Assembly: GCA_047602405.1 (NCBI GenBank)
Contig: JASGHJ010000002.1
Span: 1,376,001-1,440,000, forward strand
Length of the DNA stretch: 64,000 nt
Reading direction: 5' to 3'
From: Anaeromyxobacteraceae bacterium
GTDB lineage: Bacteria > Myxococcota > Myxococcia > Myxococcales > Anaeromyxobacteraceae
The notes under the pieces are model-generated. The model saw only the letters and a program-made list of their open reading frames with translations. It searched no databases and had not been told where the DNA came from. Below are positions 53,482-64,000 of the stretch, piece after piece. Position 1 is the first letter of the stretch; the number at the start of each line of letters is the position of its first letter. The position numbers and the translations under genes are program-made.

Positions 53482-56400
53482 TCAGGGCGCAAGGGCCGGA
53501 TCGGCCCCGAGCGTGCCGGCGAGCGCTTCGAGGTAGCCGGGCGCCGCCGCCCGGGCGAGCTGCGCGCGCGCGGCGGCGCGCCGCTGCTCGAGGTCCCAGG
53601 GCCCCTCGCCGGGCTTCAGCGCCTCCACCGCGCCGAGGAGGCGGCGGAAGAGCGCCACGTCCCGGCGCTGCTTCTCCGCGAGCCGCTCGCGGTACCACGC
53701 GCTCGAGAGCACCGCCTCGCGGCCGAACATCGCCCGGAGCGCGGGATCTCCGAGGCCGCGGCCCTGGTGGTGGCCGTGGGCCATGACGTCGAACAGCGCG
53801 CGGAGCGGCGGTGCGGCGGCCTCCGCGCTGCCGTCCGCGAGGTAGCCGAGCGCGACCCGCCGCTGGGCCTCGACGATCGCGTCCACGCCGGCGGCGAACG
53901 CGGCCGGATCCTGCAGCTCGGGCCGGAGCATGGCCTCGGTGAAGACGCGGTCGGGGGTCTCGAAGAGCCGCCCGAGGAAGCGCTCGACGAAGCGCGCGGT
54001 GATGCGCCACCCGAGGCGGCTCGCCAGCACGGTCCGGCCGTCGAGCGCGAGGTCGGGGACCCGCTCCAGGCAGCCGCTCGCGACGAGGGACGCGGGGTCG
54101 CGCTCGTCGGGGCGCATGCGGCACCAGACCTCCGGCACGAGCATCGAGAGGTCGTGGTCGACGCGGAAGTGCGGCCCGACGTGTCCGGCCGCCGTCGAGA
54201 AGCCCGCCTGACCGGTGAGGGCGAACGAGACGAGCGCGGCGTTGAGGTCGTGCACCGCGAGGAGCGCGTTGAAGGGCCCCTTCGTGAGCGCGCCCTCCGA
54301 GCCGAAGCCGGTGGTGGACGGCGACTTCCCGGTCAGGCTGCTCGCGAGGTCCATCAGGAGCTCGGGCAGCTCCTGCCAGTGGATCGGGCCGTAGACCGCG
54401 AGCGGAGGGACGCCGGGCGAGGGCGGGTTGTTCCGGCGCCCCGCGAGCACGGCGTCGACGGGCGTGAGCAGCGGCCGATCCGCGGGGACGCGCCGGTGGA
54501 GCCGCGCGGCGACCTCGCCGGCGCGCGTGTCGCGGGAGGCGGCCACGTCCGGGCGGCGCTGCAGGTACCGCGGGTTCTTCGAGGGCTGGCCGTCGACGAG
54601 CCGAGGGTGGGCGGAGGAGAGCACCCAGGCCGCCCGCGGGCGCTCGACGAAGCCCCGGAGCACCTCCTTCATGGGCTCGGTGAGGGGGTCGAAGCGCACG
54701 ACGTGCTCGACGATCCGCCGGGCGGCGTCGCGCGAGAGCGGCTCGAAGTTCGAGGCGAAGAGCCCCGGGCCGGCGAGGTCGGCCTCGGCCTGGGCGTCGA
54801 CCCCGGGCTGGATCGCGTCGTCGGGGCGCTGGAAGAGCCAGGCCTCGCAGTTCGCGACGAGCTTCACGCTGCCCTCGCCGGGCCCGTCGCCCGGCGCCGC
54901 GGCGCGCGCCCGGGGCAGCACCACCGAGGCGGTGATGTCGTCCTCCACCTGGATCTTCTCGGCCGGGCTGAAGTCCGGCCGGAGCTTGAACACCCGCCAG
55001 GAGCCGTCGTCCGGCTCGAAGCCGACGCGCAGGTAGTTCGCGACGAGGCGCACCCCGTCGAACTTGAGCTCGTGGCCCGGGTACCCGTTGATGCGGTCGA
55101 CGCCGAAGCGCTCGCGCCACGCGTCGCCCCACTCCGGACGGTGGTGGCGCTTCAGCGTGAACACGAGCTGCCGGACGGTCTGGGAGAGGCCGGTCACGAA
55201 CGCGTTGTGCGCGTCGGTGTAGTCCGGCGACGGCGTGAAGAGCTCGGATCACCGAGCCGAGCGACCGCTCCGGCGAGAGGATCGGCCGGCGCGAGCGCGC
55301 GTCCGGCGCGCGATCGCGGAACACGTCGGCGTAGTCGCGCCGCACGATCGCCTCGACCGCGTCGAGGTCGCGCTGGATCTCCTTCACGAACACCGGCGCG
55401 CGCTGCAGCATCGGCTGGAGCGACTTCGAGATCTCCGACTTGCCGCCGCCCGACACCGTGGCCGGCTTGTGGCAGAGCACACCCTCGGGCCGGGTGCCGA
55501 CGAGCCGCCAGGAGGTGCCGCCCGGCTGCCGCTCGAGCCGGATCCGGAACCCGGAGGGCTGCACGTAGACGCCGTCTGCGCGGAGGGGCAGGGTCACCGG
55601 CCGGCCCGCGTGCGTCCAGGCGACCGTGCCGGCGCGGACGTCGAAGGCGGCGTCCTCCGGGACGTAGCGGAGGGTCGGCTCGTCGCGGTCGGCCGCCCAG
55701 CGGTCCGGGTGGACCTCCGCGCGATCGCCGAGGAGCGCCACTGCGTCCTCGAAGGTCGCGCGGCCGCTCCGGAACGAGGGGTCGGCCTCGTAGTGGACGC
55801 CGAGCACCGAGGAGGGGAAGGCGATCGCGCCGCCCGCGTGCTCCTCCTCGCACCCGCCCCACAGGTTGGCCGCGTAGGAGAGCTGGGTCTTCACCTCCTT
55901 CTTGCAGTAGCCGAAGTAGTTGTCGGCGATGATCGTGACGATCACGCCGCGGGCGTCGCGGGCGGTGACCTTGAACGCGCGGCCGCCGTTGTAGAGGTCG
56001 CCCTCCCGGCTCCAGCACATCCCGTCCCGGCGCTGCCGCCCGGTCGCCTCGCGCTCGTGGGGCAGCCCGAGGTCCCGCGCGCGGAGCCCCACGAGGTGGG
56101 GCGCGAGGATCACGCAGCCGGTGTGGCCGCTCCAGCCGGAGACGTCGAGCGCGGCGTCGTGCTCGGGGAGGAACGGGTCGCCCGCGTTGCCGAAGATGGT
56201 CTCGACGAAGTCGAGGTTCGCCACCAGGCTGCCGGGGGCGAGGAAGCGCACCTCCATCGAGCGCGCGGGCGCGCCGTCGGTGGCCGGGCAGACGACCGGC
56301 CGCAGGAGGAGCGAGGCCCACACCCGGGCCGGATCGGCGCTCGCCCCGGTGAAGGGGAGGGCGAGCACGCCGCCCGGCGGGTGGAGCGCGGCGTCGAGGA

Positions 56401-56896
56401 GCGCGGCGAACGTGCGGCGCGGCACCTCGAGCTTGTCGGCGGGGACGGGCAGCCCGCCGTCGGCGACGTGGAAGACGCCCTGCGTGGTGCGCCGGTCGGC
56501 GGCCGGGTTGTGGAGCACGCCCTGCTGCAGCCGGAAGCTCTGGAGGTAGGGCGAGGCGTGGTGGTCGTGCCCGGGCGGCAGGGAGAGCACGCGGGCGAGC
56601 CCCGGCCGGTCGAGCGAGAGGGTCCGGCCCGGCAGGCGCGGCACGCCGCCGGGCAGGCCGCCGAGGTAGGCGTCCAGGAAGGCCTGGATCCGGCCATCGA
56701 CGGGCGGGAGCGGCCAGCCGAGGAGCCGATCCTTCTCGAGCTGGCTGCGCAGGAGCGGGCCCGCCAGCTCGAGCAGCGGGCGCCCGGCGGGCGACGGGCC
56801 GGCCGGCTCGCCGATCGCCGCGAGCTTGAGCTCCGCGTAGCGGACGAGGTCGCCGGGTCCGGGCGCGGTGGAGGGGAGGCCGGTCTCTTCGAGCAT
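53482..56896 (-). CDS. PPi-dependent phosphoenolpyruvate carboxykinase-like protein (~1140 aa; apparent frameshift at ~55245)
   Basis: DRRTTQGVFH, ADNYFGYCKKEVKTQ, CHKPATVSGGGKSEISKS, GKSPSTTGFGSEGALTKGPFN. Confidence 0.8.
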
Positions 56897-57107
56897 GCCG
56901 TCTCGATAACACGCGGCCGGGGCCCTTCAGCGCGGACGCGTGGACGCGCACCACGGGCGCGGCTTCATGGTTCTACGGGCTTCGCCGGGAACCGGAGCGG
57001 CCACGCGAGCGCGCGCCGCTGCGACTGCGGGTGAATGCGGCCCCGCCGGGGGCGGCCCCCCTCACGGGCCGCTTGCCGGGCCGTGGCGCAGGCGGTACCG
57101 GGAGTCC

Positions 57108-57413
57108 ATGGTGACCTACGAGGTGACGGCGGCGGTGCGGGCGGACCTCTGCGAGGCGTACGAGCAGTACATGCGGGAGCGGCACGTCCCGGACCTCCTC
57201 GCGACCGGGGTCTTCGCCGGCGCCACCTTCGGGCGCTCCGCGCCCGGGCGGTACCGCACCCGCTACGAGGCCCGCACCCGCGCGGATCTCGATCGCTACC
57301 TCGCGGAGCACGCCGCGCGGCTGCGCCACCACGTGAAGGAGCTCTTCCCGGAGGGCATCGAGCTGTCCCGCGAGGAGTGGGACGTGCTCGGCCACTGGCC
57401 CGTCGCGGGCTGA
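57108..57413 (+). CDS. DUF4286 family protein
   Basis: YEVT...YMRERHVPDLLATGVF...LDRYLAEHAARLR. Confidence 0.75.
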   Translation: MVTYEVTAAVRADLCEAYEQYMRERHVPDLLATGVFAGATFGRSAPGRYRTRYEARTRADLDRYLAEHAARLRHHVKELFPEGIELSREEWDVLGHWPVAG

Positions 57414-57473
57414 CGCCGCCCGGGGCGGTGCCGGTGTCGCAGGCCGTCCGCACGGTAGGTGCGGGGGTGGGGG

Positions 57474-58241
57474 ATGGGGAAGCTCTTCGTCGTCGCCGCG
57501 GCCGCGGCGATCGCGGGCTGCACGTCGGTGCGGCTCGTCCAGCGCGACGGGTGCTGGATCCAGCAGACCACGCGGGCCGGCGCGGTCCACGAGACGCTCG
57601 GCCCGTGCGCGCCGCCGGCGACGGCCTGGTCGGAGGATCGCCCGACCCGGCTCGTGCAGGAGTGCGGCGCCCGCGCGGAGCAGCGCTGGCGGGCGCGCGC
57701 CGCGGCGGCCTTCCAGCGAGGCGCGCCGCCGCCCGAGGGCGACGAGGCGCTCGAGGGGTGCATCACGGAGGCGTCCCGGATCGCCGGGGGTGAGGTGGAG
57801 GACCTGCGCCGCCGGCTCGCGCAGGCCGAGGCGGACCGGGACGCCCACCGGAACCGCGCCGAGCACGAGCACGCCGCGCGCGAGGAGGCCGACCGCCAGG
57901 AGCGCGAGGCGCTCCAGGCCGGCTCGGCCAAGCTCGCGGACTGGCTGGGCCAGGCCGCGGTGAAGGCCTCGCCGCCCGCGACCGCGACCGCGCTCTCGCT
58001 CTCCGACGGCCGCGCGCTCTCGGCCTCGCAGGAGGATCCGCCGGCGCTCGCGTCCGAGGGCTGGCCGGAGCTCGCGCCGCCCGCGGGCACCGCGGCGGTG
58101 AAGGCGCGGGTGAAGCTCCCGCTGCGGCCCCGGGCGGCCACGCCGCCACCCGCGTGCGAGGCCGCGCCCGCGAAGGACGCCGCCCCCGTGAAGGAGGCCG
58201 CCCCGGCGCCCGCGGCCGCGACGCCGGCCCGCGCGCGGTGA
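57474..58241 (+). CDS. Hypothetical lipoprotein with coiled coil
   Basis: Lipobox IAG-C, several Cys, central coiled coil. Confidence 0.65.
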   Translation: MGKLFVVAAAAAIAGCTSVRLVQRDGCWIQQTTRAGAVHETLGPCAPPATAWSEDRPTRLVQECGARAEQRWRARAAAAFQRGAPPPEGDEALEGCITEASRIAGGEVEDLRRRLAQAEADRDAHRNRAEHEHAAREEADRQEREALQAGSAKLADWLGQAAVKASPPATATALSLSDGRALSASQEDPPALASEGWPELAPPAGTAAVKARVKLPLRPRAATPPPACEAAPAKDAAPVKEAAPAPAAATPARAR

Positions 58242-58305
58242 CGGCGGCACGGCGGATGCTGCGGGAGAGGAGGTCCTCCCGCAGCACCACCGCCGGAACG
58301 CTCGC

Positions 58306-58609
58306 ATGAACGCCTTCACCCACGGTCCGCTCGCACTCCTCGCCACAGCGGCCCTCGCCGCCTGCGGCAAGCCGTCCTCCGTCGAGGAGCGCGCCGCGCG
58401 GGCCTGCCGTACCTACGCGTCCACCTACCTCGTCGATCCGGTCTCGGCCGAGTTCTCGGAGGTCGAGGTCCGGCACGGGAGCGGTAGATCGTACTGGGAC
58501 GTGCACTTCGTGGTGCACGGCAAGGATCAGGTGGGCGGGGAGCACCGCGAGCGCGCGATGTGCCGGCTCGAGGACGATCTCGACCTCATCGAGAATCGTG
58601 AGCGATTGA
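58306..58609 (+). CDS. Small hypothetical lipoprotein (apparent +1 indel at ~58594)
   Basis: Lipobox LAA-C; GAATC->GATC gives ...LIEIVSD-stop before the convergent gene. Confidence 0.6.
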
Positions 58610-58669
58610 GCGGGCGCGGGGCCCGGGGCCGCGCGGGCCCCGGGTGCGCGCGGCCCCTCACCCGCGGTG

Positions 58670-59486
58670 CTACCTCGGCGCGGCCGCCGTCGGCGGCGCC
58701 TCGCCCGCGGGGGCGAGCAGGATCTCGATGCGCCGGTTCTGCGAGCGCCCCTCGGCCGAGTCGTTCGGCGCGATGGGCCGGTACTCGCCGTAGCCCGCGG
58801 CCGCGAGCCGGGCGGGGTCGAGCCCCTGGGCCTGGAGGAAGCGGACCACCGCCAGCGCACGCGCGGTCGAGAGCTCCCAGTTCGTGGGGAAGGCGCCGCC
58901 GACCGGCACGTTGTCGGTGTGGCCCTCGACGCGGATCACCTTGCCGTCGATGCCCTTCAGCACGCCGGCCACGGCGGCGAGGGCCTCCTGGCCCTCCCGG
59001 CCGACCTTCGCGGAGCCGGAGGAGAAGAGGATCTTGTCCTTCAGCTTGACCGTCATGCGGCCGCGGAGCTCGGTGAGCTCGACGCGGCCCAGGTCGATCT
59101 GGCTCTTCAGCGCGCCGGCCATCTTCTCGTACTCGGAGCTCTTCTGCTCGAGGGCCGCGCTCTTCTGCTCGAGCTCGGCGCTCTTCTGCCTGCAGGCCCG
59201 CGAGCTCGGCCTGCTTCTGCTCGAGCGCGGAGCGGGTGGTGGTGAGCACGGTCTCGTAGTTCGAGAGGCGCTTCTGGAGATCGGCCGCCTCGGCGGTCTT
59301 CGCCGCGAGGGAGGCCTCGAGGCCCGCCTTCTCCACGGCGGCCTTCTCCCCGGCCGCCTTCGCGGCGACCTGCGTGGCGGTGAGGTCCTCGGCGAGCTTC
59401 TTCGCCTCGGCCTCCTTCTTCTCGAAGGTGCCGGTGGAGACGCAGGCGGTGAGGAGGGCGAGCGGCAGGGCCAGGGTGAGACGCAT
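58670..59486 (-). CDS. OmpA/MotB-family peptidoglycan-binding lipoprotein with coiled coil (apparent frameshift at ~59190)
   Basis: Lipobox LTA-C; LEQKSAE heptads; EGHTDN, NWELSTARA, GYGEYRP, NRRIEI. Confidence 0.85.
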
Positions 59487-59548
59487 GGTGTGACCTCCGA
59501 TCGTGCGGGGAAAGAGGAGCGTACCAGATGCGTGGCCCGGCGGGACGC

Positions 59549-61127
<1,579 letters not shown>

Positions 61128-61228
61128 GCCGCGGTGGGATACCCAAATCGCGGTGCCCACCGCAACGAACCTTGGGTGCGCTCATGGGGTGCTCCTGGAA
61201 AAGCCCGAGATGTTGGCAGGTTGAGGCT

Positions 61229-61244
61229 TGGCCGGTGAATTGCT
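61229..61244 (+). promoter_or_regulatory. sigma54 promoter for the hemerythrin-qNor operon
   Basis: TGGCCG-GTGAA-TTGCT. Confidence 0.75.
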
Positions 61245-61257
61245 CTGCAGCCGGCGC

Positions 61258-61827
61258 ATGGAAGCGATCGAGACCCTGATGAACGAGCACCGCGTGATCG
61301 AGGGCGTCCTGGACGCGCTCGTCGCGTTCGTGGACGACGCCGGTCGCCGCGCCGCCACCGACAAGGCCGGCCTCGCGCGGTTCTGCACCTTCCTGCGCGA
61401 GTTCGCGGACGGCCAGCACCACGCGAAGGAGGAGGACGTCCTCTTCGCCGAGATGGTGCGCCACGGCTTCCCGGAGCGCGCCGGCCCGGTCGCGGTGATG
61501 CGCGACGAGCACGAGCGGGGCCGGGCGCTCGTCCGCCGGCTCTCCGCCGCGGCGGAGCTCCCCGGCGCCTGGGACGACGGCGACCGCGAGGCGATCGCCG
61601 AGGCCGCGCACGCCTTCGCCCACCTGCTCCGCGCCCACATCCAGAAGGAGGACGGCGTGCTCTACCCGCTCGCCGAGCAGCACCTCCCGGCCGCCGCGCT
61701 CGCCGGCGTGGACGCGGCCTGCGCCGCCGCCGACGCCGCCCGCGGCGACGGCCCCGCCCGCCTCCTCGCCCTCGCCGACGAGCTCTGCGCGCTCGCCGCC
61801 CCCTCCGCAGCCCGCCCCACCGCCTGA
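61258..61827 (+). CDS. Hemerythrin/HHE domain protein
   Basis: LMNEH, HHAKEEDVLF, EHERGR, HIQKEDGVLYP. Confidence 0.92.
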   Translation: MEAIETLMNEHRVIEGVLDALVAFVDDAGRRAATDKAGLARFCTFLREFADGQHHAKEEDVLFAEMVRHGFPERAGPVAVMRDEHERGRALVRRLSAAAELPGAWDDGDREAIAEAAHAFAHLLRAHIQKEDGVLYPLAEQHLPAAALAGVDAACAAADAARGDGPARLLALADELCALAAPSAARPTA

Positions 61828-61884
61828 TCCGGTTTTCCACGGCAGCTCAAGAGCCACCGCAGCCCGAAGAAGGAGAAGTCGACC

Positions 61885-64000
61885 GTGACCCACAAGACCC
61901 GCGCCATCCTGCTGTTCGTGGTGGTGGCCTGCTTCACCGTCCTGCTGTTCGGGGGGGCGCAGATCTCCCAGCACAAGCCGCCCATCCCCGCGCGCATCGT
62001 CTCGCCGAGCGGCGAGGTGGTGATGACCGCCGAGGACATCGCGCTCGGCCAGCGCCAGTACCTCTCCCGCGGCGGCCAGAACACCGGCTCGGTCTGGGGG
62101 CACGGCGCCTACCTCGCGCCGGACTGGTCCGCCGACACGCTCCACCGCACCGGGCTCGCGACGGCGGGGCTCCTCTCCGGCCGCGGCCCGGGCCTGACCC
62201 AGGGCGAGCTCGAGGCGATGCCCGCCGGTGAGCGCGGCCGTGTCGAGGCCGAGACCGCGGCCGAGCTGCGCAGGAACCGCTACGACGCGGCGACCGACAC
62301 CCTCACGCTCTCGCCCGGCCAGGCCGCGGCGTTCCCGGGCCTGGTCGCGTACTACACGAAGCTCTTCGGGGAGGGCTCCGACGCGATGTCGATCCCGCGC
62401 GGCTTCGTCGCCGACCCGGCCGACGCCCGCGCGATGACCGCGTTCTTCTTCTGGACCGCCTGGGCCGCCGGCACGAACCGCCCCGGCGTCGACTACAGCT
62501 ACACCGCCAACTTCCCGTTCGACCCGCTCGTCGGCAACCGGCCGCTCGCCTCCGCGCTCGTCTGGTCGATCGCCTCGGTCGTGCTCCTCATCCTCGGCAT
62601 CGCGACCGCGCTCTACCTGTACCTGCGGATGCGCGCGAAGGAGCCCGAGCACGCCGTGAAGCTCGAGGCCCTCGGCGAGCCCCGGCCCACCCCGTCCCAG
62701 CGCGCCGCGCTGCCGTACTTCCTGGTCGCGATCCTCCTCTTCGTCGTCCAGGCGGCCCTGGGCTCCATCACCGGCCACTTCGCCGTGGAGGGCAACAAGC
62801 TCTTCGGGATCGACGTCGGGCAGCTCCTGCCGTACGCCGCCACCCGCACCTGGCACCTCCAGCTCGCCGTGTTCTGGATCGCCACCTGCTGGCTCGCGAC
62901 CGGCCTCTTCATCGGCCCCGCGGTCGGCGGCGTCGAGCCGAAGGGCCAGAAGCCGCTCGTCCTCGTGCTCCTCGGCGCGCTCGTGGTCGTGGTCGTCGGC
63001 GCCCTCGTCGGCACCTACCTCGGCGTCCAGGGCAAGCTCTCCGGCCCGAACGGCTGGTGGATCGGCCACCAGGGCTACGAGTACATCGAGCTCGGCCGCG
63101 TCTGGCAGATCGCGCTCATCGCCGGCATGCTGCTCTGGCTGTTCCTCGTCTACCGCGCGGTGAAGCCGGCCCTCGACGCCGAGAAGGACAAGGGCGGCCT
63201 CACGCACCTGCTCCTCTACGCGTCGGTCACCATCCCGCTCTTCTACTCGGTCGGGCTCTTCTACACGCCGGGCACGCACATCGCCGTCGCCGACTACTGG
63301 CGCTGGTGGGTGGTGCACCTCTGGGTCGAGAACTTCTTCGAGGTGTTCGCGACGGTGGCGCTCGCCTTCATCCTGGCGCGCATCGGGGCCGTCGGGCAGA
63401 AGGCGGCGCTCCGCGCGACCTACTTCTCGATCCTCCTCTACCTGGGCGCCGGCATCATCGGCACCTTCCACCACCTCTACTTCACCGGCTCGCCGCTCTT
63501 CATCACGGCGCTCGGCGCGACCTTCTCGGCCCTCGAGATCGTCCCGCTCACGCTGCTCGGCTTCGAGGTGTACGAGAACCTGAAGCTCGCCCGCTCGGGC
63601 GGGAACGCCGAGCCCTGGCGCTGGCCGCTCTACTTCTTCGTCGCGGTCGCCTTCTGGAACGCGGTGGGCGCCGGCGTGCTCGGGTTCCTCATCAACCCGC
63701 CGATCGTCCTCTACTACGCGCAGGGGCTCAACACGACGCCCATCCACTCCCACGGCGCGCTGTTCGGCGTGTACGGGTTCCTCGCCATCGCGCTCATGCT
63801 CTTCTCGATGCGGAACATCGTCTCCCGCGAGGCCTGGAGCGACCGCCTGCTGAAGTGGGCGTTCTGGGGGCTCAACCTGGGGCTCGCCGGCATGATCGTC
63901 TTCTCGCTGCTCCCGGCCGGCATCTACCAGTTCGCCATCGCCATCGAGAAGGGGCTCTGGTACGCCCGCAGCCCCGAGGTGACCGGCAGCGCGTTCATCC
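61885..64000 (+). CDS. norB: Quinol-dependent nitric oxide reductase qNor (3' end beyond the window)
   Basis: Own translation from GTG 61885 (not in the ORF track): GSVWGHGAYLAPDWSAD, RTWHLQL, WWVVHLWVENFFEVF, GTFHHLYF, HSHGALFGVYG; AAGGAG RBS. Confidence 0.93.
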   Translation, partial: MTHKTRAILLFVVVACFTVLLFGGAQISQHKPPIPARIVSPSGEVVMTAEDIALGQRQYLSRGGQNTGSVWGHGAYLAPDWSADTLHRTGLATAGLLSGRGPGLTQGELEAMPAGERGRVEAETAAELRRNRYDAATDTLTLSPGQAAAFPGLVAYYTKLFGEGSDAMSIPRGFVADPADARAMTAFFFWTAWAAGTNRPGVDYSYTANFPFDPLVGNRPLASALVWSIASVVLLILGIATALYLYLRMRAKEPEHAVKLEALGEPRPTPSQRAALPYFLVAILLFVVQAALGSITGHFAVEGNKLFGIDVGQLLPYAATRTWHLQLAVFWIATCWLATGLFIGPAVGGVEPKGQKPLVLVLLGALVVVVVGALVGTYLGVQGKLSGPNGWWIGHQGYEYIELGRVWQIALIAGMLLWLFLVYRAVKPALDAEKDKGGLTHLLLYASVTIPLFYSVGLFYTPGTHIAVADYWRWWVVHLWVENFFEVFATVALAFILARIGAVGQKAALRATYFSILLYLGAGIIGTFHHLYFTGSPLFITALGATFSALEIVPLTLLGFEVYENLKLARSGGNAEPWRWPLYFFVAVAFWNAVGAGVLGFLINPPIVLYYAQGLNTTPIHSHGALFGVYGFLAIALMLFSMRNIVSREAWSDRLLKWAFWGLNLGLAGMIVFSLLPAGIYQFAIAIEKGLWYARSPEVTGSAFI

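Noticed and set aside
52940..56896. 1318-aa PEPCK-MscL fusion shown in the ORF track
   Set aside because: Artefact of the indel at ~55245 reading through in the wrong frame; mscL has its own start at 53305.
61885..64000. Nitric oxide dismutase (NOD)
   Set aside because: The FeB His ligands (HLWVE, HH) and the quinol-site His (RTWH) are retained, as in ordinary qNor.

Overview
A very GC-rich window that looks like an Anaeromyxobacter-type Myxococcota genome (inferred from gene content and style). About 4.2-47 kb is a flagellar/chemotaxis supercluster. On the minus strand it runs: two receiver-less sigma54 activators plus an unknown secreted protein, flgBC-fliEFGHI-motE-fliK-flgDE-flbD-motAB, cheW-MCP-cheB, an EspA-like FHA kinase, cheX-REC/REC/STAS-HDOD, then fliLMNOPQR-flhBAFG-fliA. 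A plus-strand cheY-cheX-cheX'-cheA-cheR-cheD-cheY-cheX operon is embedded in it. At least 8 sigma54 -24/-12 promoters are visible in the cluster. Distal-rod, L/P-ring, junction, filament and fliJ genes are absent from the window. Left flank: hybrid kinase, serine palmitoyltransferase-like enzyme, lipoprotein. Right flank: a MetX-homoserine dehydrogenase fusion convergent with a second hom gene carrying a SAM-II-type riboswitch, LysM and lipoprotein genes, mscL, PPi-type PEPCK, an OmpA/MotB lipoprotein, and a GAF-sigma54 activator divergent from a hemerythrin-qNor operon (truncated at the window end). About 12 apparent frameshifts occur. Eight read GATTC/GAATC where an intact frame needs GATC, which points to base-calling errors at a modified GATC motif rather than gene decay.
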